Shown: one piece after another, positions 33,091 to 47,317 of the stretch | How the letters are laid out: every line of letters starts with the position of its first letter | Position numbering within the stretch: the first letter of the stretch is position 1 | From: the human T2T-CHM13v2.0 reference genome, Homo sapiens | NCBI RefSeq assembly: GCF_009914755.1 | Contig: NC_060942.1 | Reading direction: 5' to 3' (one strand) | DNA: 64,000 bases | Position numbers and translations under genes: made by a program | The notes under the pieces: generated by a model | Told to the model about the DNA's origin: nothing | Database searches by the model: none | Seen by the model: only the letters and a program-made list of their open reading frames with translations

Positions 33091-33253
33091 TCGTATTTCA
33101 CCTGCTCTGCCATTGATTGAAAGGTACACCATTAGGAGAAAGTAAAACATGCTGCCAATTACATGATGACATGCCATAGATCATAACATGCAGCCTGATT
33201 TCAGAGATGTTAAAATGTGACATCATGCATCTTAAAATCAGTGAAATACGGTA
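33091..33253. mobile_element. MER104-like (Tc2) DNA transposon
   Basis: Inverted ends cgtatttca ... tgaaatacgg followed by TA. Confidence 0.55.
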
Positions 33254-33257
33254 TGTG

Positions 33258-33910
<653 letters not shown>

Positions 33911-35926
33911 TATCCATCTATTTTTAAAGTTCCCTTGGATAAGCCCTATTATGCAAATATTCCTACCTGAGTAGAAACCTCAGGAGGCATGAGGGGATTT
34001 AAAGAGCTATTTGCTGCTATGTCTGACTCCAGAAGACTCCAGAAGACACCTTTTTGCAGTGTTCCTATGAGCTGCACTGGATATTGCCTGTAACTCTGCA
34101 TGTTCCCTTCTACTGTGCAGTAAAGTTCTGGACGGGACATTCACACACAGGACGCTGGCATCACTCTTCACTTTCATCTTCAAAGCAACAAACCAAACTA
34201 AGAGAGTAGCTGATGTTCATGATAAAGTTTTCTTGAGCTCTTGCACTAGGCTCTGTTTTGACATTTAGTAAATAGCTTAAACAGAGACAGGGAAGTTTAA
34301 AGAGTTTTAAGGATGGGTTTAGAGAAAGCATTAAGAAGCTACCTGTGGTAATCTCACTTCGTACCTGTATTTAAAATTCACAGCTGGTTCCAACAGCTTC
34401 TTATATCTTTAACAAACCCTGGGCCAGGCAGTGAGGGGCATGTCACAGCCATGGGGTCTGGGCTGGCCATCAGGGTGCATGTTCTTGAAACTCTTCTCAG
34501 AACCTGATTGATAGCAAGTGAAATGAGCAGAAACCATCGAAGATGCCAAGCAGGTGACCAACGCGAGGGCAGCCAGGCATCTGGGATCTCCGTCAGTTTC
34601 CTCAGGACTGAGACGATGACTGAGGGAATGCTTTATAAACGATGCAGGCTAAGGATAGAGCACTGGGTTCGAGTCCCATGACATACCCATGGGGGGAAAG
34701 TAGCCCTTGACTACTTTCAGAACTGTTCAAGAACTGGGGTCGTGCGGGGCTCCATAACCAACTGCAGGACAGAATCTGCTACTAAACCAAGGTCATGGCC
34801 CATCTGACCCATGACTCCAGTTGGCCGGTGGGCTGGCTTTCCTGTCTGTTGCTTTATGGGGCCATGTCAGCATGATGAGAAAAAGTGAGTTTGGTTTAGG
34901 CAGCCATCATGTCAGTCTCGCCGGAGTGTGTTGGTCTCGAAGAATCAACATATGTTTTCATTTTTCTGATTTCTCCTTCAATAGTATTTAAGAAGCAACA
35001 GTTTAGTCAATAATTTCATAGCTAATATCATTTCCTTCCAAAAGAGTTTTGCCTGGTCTCACATTTCCAAACCAGGAGGCCTCTCCTTTCTGTTGGGTAG
35101 CTACGCAGTGGGGTGGGCTTCCTCTCACCGCAAAGCTTAGGGGCCCATTCCCACCTGGGATTTGAGGTTATTGGTGCAGTTTTTAAAAATAATTGTATGC
35201 ATTAATCATCTGCTAGAAGGCAGTATTTGTTATTCTTGTTAAGTTACTCTATATACTAATATTCTTTGGATTTATGGGTATTACACATGTGTTTACATAT
35301 AGTAATTCCCAGTTTACATGTGGTGGGAAACTCATGAGTAAGGAGGTGATTTCTGTATTCTTTTGTAAAATCATTTTTGTAGGTACTTTTAATGTGAAGC
35401 CCTGTGGGTTTATAGCATGATTTTGAGGTGGTGCTCTTTCATATTTTGAGACAGAGATGTTGGCCAATGGACACCAATAATTTAAAAATGACCTTGGGAG
35501 AGATTTGGAGGTCCAGTTGACCTCATATGATTAGCGGAGAACAAAGGTGTGGCATTTCTTTTGCTTTCAGAATAGAAAATAGAGACACTTCTTTTGAGTT
35601 TCTCTTCCTTTTCCTCCCCACAACACAGTTTTGCCCAATAACTGCTTTTTAAAGTCAGGTTAGACCTACCTGGTGCATTGATAAGGACGCACTGCTTTGA
35701 GAGTGGATAGGGAGGCTCACAGAGTCCTTCTTGGCTAACTTCCACTCTGCAGCATCTATGACATCTGAAAACTAGGCTCAACAGAGTAAGAAACCACAAA
35801 TTAAAACCTTGGGCAGCCAGTACTATGTTGAAGCGAGAGTCCACTTAACTCATAGATGACATTCCTGAAGTCTGGACTTAGTATATTTTGGTGCATGTCA
35901 CTTGTTCATCTAAAAAAAATCATCCT

Positions 35927-36238
35927 GGCCAGGCATGGTGGAGCACGCCTGTAATCCCAGGCAATTGGGGAGGCCAAAGTGGGAGGGTTGCTTGAGGCCA
36001 GAAGTTCGAGACAAGCTTGGGCAACATAGCAAGACCTTGCGTCTACAAAAATTAAAATTAAAAAAATTAGCCAGGTGTGGTGACATGTACCTATAGTCTC
36101 AGCTACTTGGGAGCCTGAGGCGGAAGGATCTCTTGAGCCCAGGAGTTCCAGGCTGTGGTGAGCTTTGATGATACCACTGCACTCCAGACTGGGCAACAGA
36201 GTGAGACCCTGTCTCTAAAAAAATTAAAAATTAAAAAA
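35927..36238 (+). mobile_element. Alu (AluJ-like)
   Basis: ggccaggcatggtgg...gagaccctgtctct plus A tail. Confidence 0.93.
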
Positions 36239-36594
36239 CACCCTGAAATATGGGATGCTCAGGGGTGAGGATACTAGTCAGGAGCAGGCAGGGGCCTATT
36301 TCACCAGAAAGCACACCCTCCAAGCACGTTTGGGGTGGGCGTGCATGCGCGGTGGAAGAGAAGCAATACAGAAAGGTTTTCTGCTAGAATATGAATGCGC
36401 TTCCCCCTAAGAGTTCCTGTGCATATCTGCAGTGTTTATGAGACACCCTACACTGCCTAGGATTCTTCTTTTCATGTTAATAATAAGACTGCATCTTTCA
36501 GAGATCAACAACAACATCTTTCATATTCAGAGAGGTCAGAGTAATTGAGAAACTGGCAAGTTCAGGGAGAACACTGTGAAACAGCACTGTGTGA

Positions 36595-37000
<406 letters not shown>

Positions 37001-37434
37001 AAGGAGATTGTAAAGAGGAAAAGAGGAAATGAGAGTAACATTTCTTTTCTGGCTGTAATTGAAACAATTGCTTTGTCCTTGTAAAAGATGTTAATGTCTC
37101 CTGCAGCCCATCCTGCTGAGTGAATTTGGAGGCAGGCATCATAGTAATTGGTTAGTCAAGAAATAGTCGTATATTGCTCTTTTTACTCACTTATCTGTAA
37201 GTTGTTTTTAAAGCAGGTTGTTTTCCCTTTAATCAAAATCCAGTCTTTAGAGCTTTCTTACTCCTATGTGTTTAGAGAAGCAGGAACCCTCTGAAGCATC
37301 CGGAAATCCTTGAGAAACAAGACAATGGCCAAACATCAGTTTTATTTGTATGTTACAGCCCTGTGAGGCAGGTGGATTATTTTATCACCCTCATGGGACA
37401 GATACCATGCGGCCCAAGGAAATGAAATAACTCA

Positions 37435-37752
<318 letters not shown>

Positions 37753-39289
37753 GAAATAACTCAATTTTAGATTACTCCTTTTATGAAGCTGTGGGACTCT
37801 AGGCTTCCTGAGGGCAGGGGCTGTGTGGTATTCCTTGTGGAATCCACAGCCATAGCCCAAGGCAGCACCTGGGATGTCCTAGTTGCCCTTACATTTGTTG
37901 AGTTGAGTTGAAAAGTGAACACCAGATCAGATCTTTTGCCTCTTAGGTCTTCTCACCACAGACTCTGTGTTCTTTCCACAAAGCAACCCTAAATTGTCCC
38001 CTTTTACATAGGACAGTACCAGAGCCCAGAATGGTGAAGGGACATGGCCAGGATTTTCTTGAGTCCCCATCAAATGTTCTTACTGTACAGCTTCATGCAT
38101 GCAGGTACTTGGGGATGGGGAACACTTTGAAGTGGGATGGGTGGAAGGAGTTTGAAGATTGTCTGCATGAAGTTAGATGTCTGGACTGCAGGACCCTGGT
38201 TCATTACAGTGTGTTAATTACTCAGGAATAATTATGTCTGGCTGCCTGGCTGTCCTTTTCCCTGCCGTCCATGTGGAATTAATGAGAACACTTTGGTTTC
38301 AGTCATTCATCAATGTTCTTTGTTCAGCTTCTGCTTTCCTAACTGCAAATAAATTGCTTATAATAGCAAGTACCTTTTATTCTATTGTTAACACTTGAGA
38401 GTGTTTAAAGGATGGGTTTCAATTGGATTCCTTAATAGAAGGAACTGGCTGCTTTTCCAGGGCAAAAATTACCTGAATGGCAATAGCAAACTGTGCAACT
38501 AAGTAAAAGATTATGGGATGGGAAACATAAAAAGGATATAACAGCTAAATGGAAAACTGTGACTGAGCACCAACTCATGCACACCCAAACCAGGAAGGAC
38601 AGGAAGGAAATAAGAAAACAAAAATGATTTACTTTTGTGCCAAGCAGCACAGACTCGCAAATCAGTTAATGGGTACGGTAAATGATGATGTGCTTGCTGT
38701 TCGGGAGTTTATTTCTCAGTGGACTTGGTGGCCATCCAGGAACTCATCAAATCAACTTAATGGAGAGTTAAATGGCTCTTGAAACAAGCTGGCTTGAAGC
38801 AGCTGGGAGCCAGGGCCTGTGTTCGCTTGACTTAGTGTGGCTCCGCCGCAGGGTGGGCATCCTCTGGCAGAAGAGCTTGTTTTTCGCAAGGAAGAGTGGG
38901 TCTGAGGGGAAGCTGCTGGAAAACAGTTGCCTGTGTCTCCAAGAAAACGCCTGCTTCCTTGATCCTATTCAGACCTGCCCTGGTGTCCTCAGGAGCTCTA
39001 ATGCAGGGCAAAAAAAAAAAAAGCACTGTGCTATGGAGCCAAGCCTAATGATCTTCAGACAGGCAGAAGCCAGTTCTAGATAGGACAAAAAAAATCCCAG
39101 TTTGGTGGGAGTATGTAGGCAGGTGGGACACATACCTGGTTAAGAATTTTTGTTTATTATGGAGAGTTTCAAACATATACAGAGAATAATGTAAGGATGC
39201 GTGAGATACCTGTCTCCAACCTTTCCACAGACTGCTTTTATCTGTTCCCTCTCCTGCTCTCCCTCTCTCCCTCTCTCCCTCTCTCCCTC

Positions 39290-39655
39290 TGTATTAGTGC
39301 GTTCTCATGCTGCTAATAAAGACGCACCTGAGACTGGGTAATTTATAAAGGAGAGAGGTTTAATTGACTCACAGTTCCACATGGCTGGGGAGGCCTTAGG
39401 AAACTTACAATCATGGCAGAAGGGGAGGCAAGTCCTTCTTCACATGGTGGCAGGAAGGAGAAGTGAGAGCTGAGCAAAGGGGGAAGCCCCTTATAAAACC
39501 ATCAGATCTCCTGAGAACTCACTCACTATCACAAGAATAGTATGGAGGAAACCACCCTCATGATTCTGTTACTTCCATCTGGTCCCACCCTTGACACGTG
39601 GGGATCATTACAATTCAAGGTGAGGTTTGGGTGGGGACACAGCCAAACCACATCA
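39290..39655 (-). mobile_element. THE1D/MSTA-like MaLR solo LTR
   Basis: tgtattagt...gggacacagccaaaccacatca; preceded by (CTCTCTCC)n. Confidence 0.9.
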
Positions 39656-40379
39656 CCGTCGTTTCCTTTATGCTGACTATTTCAAAGCAAGTCTCAGATA
39701 CCTACACACGTGTTATTTAGTACTTCTGAATTTCTTATTTTTGTATGGAAAATGTAAAGCATATAACAAATGGAAGCAGTCCATGGTTTATACAGTTTTC
39801 CCTTAACAAAGCTCACCTTTAGGGAGGAAGTGTGACACCAATAATATGACTACAATAATACTGTGGACTTTGAAAACACATGCACCACTCATGGACCTGT
39901 ATGCCTTTGACTTTCACTTTGAGGTTGGCAATAGAAGTTATTACTGTTGCTTTTCTACTTATCACAATTAAAACTGTATCACCTTATTAAAACTATTTAG
40001 AAAATTTGAATGAGTTACTTTAACTACTTGGGAAAATTGAGTAATTTACTTTAAACTGCTTTTGGTGGAGCTGCAGATGGAGAAGTCCCGTGTGGAGGAG
40101 CTAGAGAAGATAGTCTAATTGTGATTCATTGATAGTTTCCTGTTCCTTAGTACAGGACATTGTTCTAGCTGGCTAGTAAGGCTGAACAATTTTTAAATGA
40201 CATATCCACATGCAAATATATAACATACGTAAATGAATTGATAAATGTAATCACATGTTACATATTGGCATTTTATGTTTTCCTTTTCTTTACTTTTCCT
40301 TTTACTTGCATGATTCTGTCTTTCCCAGCACAGTATAGGTCCAGTCCTAAGCACAGAAGGTCTTAGTACTACAGATAAA

Positions 40380-40864
40380 TATATTAGTTTACTATTGATG
40401 CTGTAACAAATGACCACAAATGTAGTGGCTTAAAACGACACAAATTTATTGTCTCATAGTACTGTCGTTCAGATGTCTGAAGTGGGCCTGCACTAAAATG
40501 AAGTTTTCTGCAAGACTGTGTTCCTTCTGGAGGCTCTAGGGAAGAATCCATTTTCTTGCTCATTCCAGCTTCCAGAGGCCATCTACATTTCTTGGCTCAT
40601 GCCCTCTTTCTTCATCTTCAAAGCCAGCAATGGCGGGCTGAGAGCTTTCCCTGCCATTTGTCTGGTGCTCTCTCCTGACTCCCTCTTTCATTTTTAAAAA
40701 CCCTATGATGGCATTGGGTCCACCTACATAATGCAGGATAATCTCCCTATTTCAAGGTCAGCTGATTAGCAACCTCTACTCCCTTTGCCGTGTAGCATGA
40801 TACAGTCACATATTCTGTGGATCAAGGACGTGGATATTTGAGGGGCATTATTCTGGCTACTATA
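40380..40864 (-). mobile_element. MLT1D-like MaLR LTR
   Basis: gctgtaacaaatgaccacaaa...gtggcttaaaac...ttccttctggaggctctagggaagaatcc. Confidence 0.85.
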
Positions 40865-40919
40865 GTAGGAAAGCAAAACTTCAGAGCTGGTGAGGTTGGA
40901 GTTCATTTATTCTGTCTTA

Positions 40920-41190
40920 CATTTGCATAGTTGAGAAACTGAGGCCCAGGGCATACCATTTATTCTGCATGACTGGATACTTCCAAATCTTCATCTAATC
41001 CTAGGACGGCCCTTTGAAGTGGGCATTTTTATATTTCATTTTTATATGTCTTTAAGATAAGAAAACTGAGGCTTGGAGTAGCTAGCAAACCTGCCCTAGG
41101 TCCCATAGCTAGCAAATGACAGAGAGCTGAGTCTCACAGCTGTGACTGGCAGCTGCCCGGGCCCACTGGCACCCTTTCCGCCGCTAGCTA
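40920..41190 (-). mobile_element. MIR fragments
   Basis: gagaaactgaggcccag and gataagaaaactgaggct...cctgccctagggtcccatagctag. Confidence 0.7.
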
Positions 41191-42079
41191 GGTGCATGCG
41201 GTTAGCTGCCAGGTCTCCGGTTTCCCGGCTGGCATTCTTCTCCTGTTCTCCCATTCTGCTCACTCACATTTGCCTCCAGTGACATGAGTAATAATACATT
41301 TTCCAGAACTTCCTCTTTGAAAGATTGAAGTATCATCGGTGTTATCAAACCTTTTCAATTTTTGTAGCTTCTGACTTCCTTCTTTAAGGGACACTGTATA
41401 TTCTTCATCCCCTTGGAACATTAATTTTATTGTGTTACTCAGTTCAAACACATCAGATTTTTGTGGAAATTCTGAGATAAAAACTTCTCCTGGTTTTCAT
41501 TTCTCACCCTGCTTCCTGCTGCTTCTTGTGACTACGTCCCATATTTTTTTATATTTTTATCTTCTTTCTGTTTTTAATTTTCTTTTCTTTTCACAGGTTT
41601 GGATACTTTTTTTAGAGTGTATGAACCTGATTTGTAACTGTCCCATTTAAAGCATGGTATGGTTTTTTTTGAGTAGCATCTGTTAGGTTTTTCAAGTAGC
41701 ATCTGTTAGGTTTTTTGAGTAACCACCACAGCCCCCTTTATTCAAGACGGGGGCACTCACCTGGTGGTTTTCTTCTTGTTGCAAGGATGTGGGTTACACC
41801 AAACTTCTCTATGAGAGTCCTCCATCCTGCCCTCCACCCCCCGGAAGTTCCCTGGCTCTGACGACTAGAGGCTTATGCAGGGAGTGTTTGGGAGGGGGTG
41901 GCCCTGAGCAGGGCAGCCAGCCCCCCTGAGCTGTCCGGCTGTGGCCTTCTGTGGTCTCCACAAATCCCATGATCTGCAAAGACATTACAGCTGCCAATGG
42001 AGGATCAGAGCAGTGAGTTCACCTCCCACCTCCTGATTTTGAGAGGCTTTGGGAATTGGAGATTTTCAGTTATAAGTAA

Positions 42080-43380
42080 AGTTCATGACCTCATTATTTT
42101 TATGATTAAAAATCAATCATTATATATAAAAAGAATGTATATTTTATGTAAACTAAATAATTTAAAGAATAGTAAAAAGAATACCCATCTTAGGAAATAG
42201 AGCATTATCAATTGGTTGCCAGATCCAAGTATGTCTGTCCCCCATTAATGGTGTTAATTTTTTTCTTGCTCTCCTTTACAGTTTGCCAACAATGTGTGTA
42301 CCCCTCGGATGTATATTGTTTAGTTTTCCTTATTTTTGAATAAACCAAGAGACGGAGTCGCACTGTAGCCATCCGTCTGCGGCATACTTCTGTCACTTGG
42401 CGGTATGCTTGTGACATTCTTACATGCTGATGCCGGCAGCTGGAGTTCATTCATTTTTACTGTTCTTTATCATTCCGTTGTCTGGATGTACCACACATTA
42501 TTAGTCTCTTCTCTTGTGTTTTGGGTTGTTCGGGAGCTTCCAGGTTTTTGTTATTACAAAACATGTGTCTGTGAACATGCGTCACTGTTCGTTTCCCGGT
42601 GCCCACGTGCAGCAAGTTCTCTAACGTGTGTTCCCAGGAGTAGATGTGCAGGGCCATAGGATGTGCACATGTTCAACTTTTATCTTTTTATTTTTAACTG
42701 TGGTAAAACATACATGACATAAAGTTTATCACTTTAACCATCTTTAAGTTGCAGTGCAGTGGCATTAAGTACATTCACATTGTTGAGCAACCGCCGTCTA
42801 TCTCCAGAACTTCTTTCATCTTGCAGAAGTGAAACTCTGTACCCATTAAACAACAAGTCTCCATTCTTCCCTCCTCCCAGCCCCTGGCAACCACCATTCT
42901 ATTTTCTACCTCTATGAAACTGCTATTCTGTGTACCTCATATAATTGGAATCATACAGTATTTGTCTTTTTGTGTGTTTGGCTTATTTCGCTTAGCATAA
43001 TGTCCTGAATCCATGCTTGGTCCACGTTGCAGCATGTGTCAGAATTTCCATCCCTTTTAAGGCTAAATAATATTCTATGGTACTCCACATTGAGTTGATC
43101 TGTTTATCCATCAATAAACACTTAGGTTGCCCTCACCTATGTCTGTTGTGAATGAGCTGCTATGAACGTGAGCATACAAATGTCTGTTCAAGTCTCACCC
43201 TCAGTTCTTTTGGGTGTGTACTCGGAAGTGGGATTGCTGGATCAGATGATACCTCTACTTTGAATTTTTTAAGGAACCGCCCCACTGTTTTCCACATGGC
43301 AGCACCGTTTTACACTGCCATCAGCAATGCACAAGGCTTCCAATTTCTCCACATCCTTGCCAACTCTGGTTATTTTTTGT
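42080..43380 (-). mobile_element. Old L1 3' ends (L1ME-like ~42080-42680; L1MB-like ~42685-43380)
   Basis: cagtggcattaagtacattcacattgttg...aaactctgtacccattaaacaac...cccagcccctggcaaccaccattct. Confidence 0.85.
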
Positions 43381-44149
43381 TCGGTTGTGAGGACTTGAGG
43401 TGAAATATCTAAAGTGCTGAGGCTACTTAAACAGGGGCTGTCACTCTTATGAGCATTGTCATTCTTTGAAGTGTGGAGAGGGGGAATCCCATGGATTTGA
43501 ATCTAGAAACCCTGGATATGTTAAAGTGGGCATTTTCTTGTCCTATGTGGAGTAAAAATAAGATAGAGGATACCTTGGTTTTCCTTCTTGCACGGAAGCC
43601 TTCTCTCGAGCTGCACTGTGGTGTTTGCAAACCCTGCTGACAGGGGCCCCTGCACTGCTCCCCATCTCCTGCCCATGTTGGTGCAGGAGAGAGGGGGTCT
43701 CCACAATGTGCCAGAGCTGGGCCTGGGCAGTGATGGATGTGGATTATGGATGTGGGATTATTAAACAGATAATTATCTCATTATATCAAACAACAGTCAT
43801 GAATATATACCCGAGGACCGCGTGCACCTACAATAAATGCAAAAAGGGTGGTAGGAGTGGGGGCAGTTCTATTCTCAAAGAAAGGAGACAAAAGTGGAAT
43901 GGGACAGGGAAGCCCATTTAAGATTTAGCTGGAGAACCTGGACTGCCAGTTCCGTCTCTCCACCCACACTGAGCATCGTCACCTGGGGCCTGGGTATCGC
44001 GACGATGCTCACCCTTCCGATGTCCTGTGTTGGCCCGGCTCTTCCAGGTGGAAATCAGAGATGGTCAGCTTTTTGGAGAGACAGGTCCAGAGCCCACACC
44101 ATGCCTCTTGTGGTCTGGACACCACTGGTCCACACAGGTACTGACTCTG

Positions 44150-44695
44150 TCTTTTCTAGTACGGCTGCAACCAAGGGCCCACCCACTGAACGGCTTCAGA
44201 ACCTGAAGCTTATTCTTTCACAGCAGTGGGGACTGCAGTCCAAGATCAGGGTGCCTGCAGGGCATGCTATCTGGAAAGGCCCTAGGGGAGAGTCTGTTCC
44301 ATGCCTGGTGCTTTGCTCCCTGGCCTGTGGTGGGGGCTGCAGTCCAAGATCAAGGTGCCTGCAGGGCACGCTGTCTGGAAAGGCCCTAGGGGAGAGTCTG
44401 TTCCATGCCTGGTGCTTTGCTCCCTGGCTTGTGGCTGAGCCACCCAAATCTCTGCCTCTGCCTTTGTCATCACACAACCTCTTCCCTGTGTGTCTGAGTC
44501 TCAGCTGCCTTCTCTGTGTGTGTGTCTCGTCCTCAGCTTATAAGGACACCAGTCATCTTGGATCCGGCCCATGCAGTCTAGTAGGTCCTCCTCTAAACGT
44601 GCAAAGACTCTGTTTCCAAATAAGGCCATATTCCCCAGCACTGGGGGTAGCACTTGAACATATCTTCTTGGGGAAATAGTTCAGCCCACAACATA
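44150..44695 (-). mobile_element. MLT1-type MaLR LTR with internal 104-bp tandem duplication
   Basis: cagtccaagatcaaggtgcc...cttataaggacaccagtcat...tttccaaataaggcc. Confidence 0.8.
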
Positions 44696-45274
44696 CAGGA
44701 AAACAGAGAAGCTGAGTAAGCCCTAAGGAAGTCTCGCTGGAATCTGACACTGCCCTGCCCTGCGAGGACAGGATCAGTGGGCTCGCATTTTCTGTTTTTT
44801 GTTAATAATTATCTGCATTGTGTTTTTCCTGAGTGGCTCCAGATGGATAGCCTCAGCAGCCCTGCACAGGCTCCTGTCCTCATTGTGTCCTCCTTGTGTG
44901 CCCCATGCTGGAGTCCCACTGGCAGGTTGTGAGGAGAGCTGCCTGGTTGTCACCCACACACCTAAGCTCTGTGTCCTACCTCCAGGTCATGTTGGTGCCC
45001 CTGGTCTTCCGTCCCCAGACCATACCCCTCAGAACTGCTTGTGGCCGCCTCACTTGGGGCTCTGCACCCCTGTCAGCTCTCTCCCTCACACAGTTTCCTG
45101 GTTCTGCCCTGTTGCTTTCTAGTCTCTCTGCCTGCACTGAACTGAGGTGCCCAGACCTCACACCAAGCCGGACCCCTGCCCCCATCCCTCCCCTGCAGTC
45201 AGTTTTGCACAAAGCTGCCAGGTAGGTCTTCTTGAAGAGGCCTCACAACACTAAATATATTCGTATATTAGTAG

Positions 45275-45520
<246 letters not shown>

Positions 45521-46299
45521 AATATATGTATGTATGTGTATATATATATATGCACACACACACACATATACACACATATATATATTCTGAATATATATAT
45601 TCGTGACTCCCCGAAATAAATTCAGTTTATATATATGTAAATAAATTCTGAAGACTCTACATGTGTGTGTATATATACATATATATTTTTGTATTAACGT
45701 TAATAGTAATATTAACATGAGTTCAGGGTATTAGCCAGTTCTGTCTTTCGGGATGAAGTCACTGGATTGAGGCAAGACTTCAGTGAAGGAAGCCATGTGG
45801 TTTGTAAAATGAAACTGACAGGGGACCTTTGTATCTTATGTTCAGGTGATCACAGCTCCTTCTTGGGGGTCATCACAGTCACCTAAGAGATTGAGTTCCT
45901 TCAAAGCAGTTTCTTGTGCACAAGGACAGATGGGGTGTCCTCTGTTCACTCTGCTAGCACATGATGCTGCCGTCAAAATGGCACACATCATCTCTACTTT
46001 TAGTTCTGTTATAAATGGAGACCCTGGACTTGCCTCAGATGACCTTGTGAGATATTTTATTTGTTTGGCAGCATTAAAAGGTGGAGCCTTCGATCAGCCA
46101 GCAGCATTTTCCATTCCTGGGACATCCCTTCTTATGCAGCATCTGCAAGCTCATTTCATAAAGGCATGGGAGAGCAATTGGAGAATGACAGGTGTGCTGT
46201 GGCACCCCCAAATGCAGTTGCCGCTGCCTCAGGCCTTACCAGTAATGACACTATATCAGGGTGGGGAGGACAGTAGGGACAGGTTAAGAGTTGGCCAGC

Positions 46300-46625
46300 C
46301 TGGGGCTGCAAGCCATGCTGTCACCATAGCAGGAGGCAAGGTGTATGGAGAGGCCAGGCTGGCTGCGGACGGACCACATGGATCTAGGGTCCTGGCTCAG
46401 GGTGTTCGATGCACTCTGAAGGCAGAGGGTGCTGTGGTTGAAAAACCACAGGAGGTTTTTCAAGGGAGAATGATATGGGCAGTTATATCTTTGGAAGGTA
46501 AGTGGAGGAAGAGTGAAGTGAGAAGACAGAGCCAGTGGAGAGGCTGTGGCCGTGGCCTAAGTGAGAAGAAAGCAGAGCCTGAGCTTGGGCAGATCCAATG
46601 GTGGGCCCGAGAGAGTGACAAGAGC
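46300..46625 (-). mobile_element. Probable L2 fragment
   Basis: Purine-rich L2-like motifs (aaaccacaggaggttttt...agccagtggagaggctgtggc...agtgagaaga). Confidence 0.5.
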
Positions 46626-46974
46626 ACAGGGATGGGGTTTGGCCACCTGTAAATACCTGTAAGCACAGTGCCTCCCACTGGCCCTGGCCCTGGACCCCAG
46701 CGAACAGGGCTTAGGGCATGATCCTGGATCGTACAGACATGGGGGCCTATTCTTTCCTTGGCAACTATGGGACTTCGGGCAGGTTGCTTAATGGCTTGAA
46801 CTTCAGTGTCTGCAACTGTAAAACTGAGTTGTTGGGACCCAGCTATAAACTTGTTTCGATGTTTCAGTAAAATAAAGCTTTGCTCTAAGAGTAACTTTAC
46901 TACTAAGACTAACATAAAACTGTATTTTCAGTTTGTTTCTGTTAACCCATAGGGAATATTAAAGTTGCTGTTAG

Positions 46975-47317
<343 letters not shown>

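Noticed and set aside
34645-34685. Pol III B-box-like ggttcgagtcc
   Set aside because: No cloverleaf or properly placed A box; at most a decayed SINE remnant
41672-41720. 23-bp tandem duplication
   Set aside because: Ordinary slippage duplication with no sign of function
43894-44679. 261-aa ORF with internal repeat
   Set aside because: Derived from the MLT1 LTR and its tandem duplication
45846-46652. 268-aa ORF
   Set aside because: No recognisable domain, partly overlaps an L2-like fragment, no convincing exon boundaries
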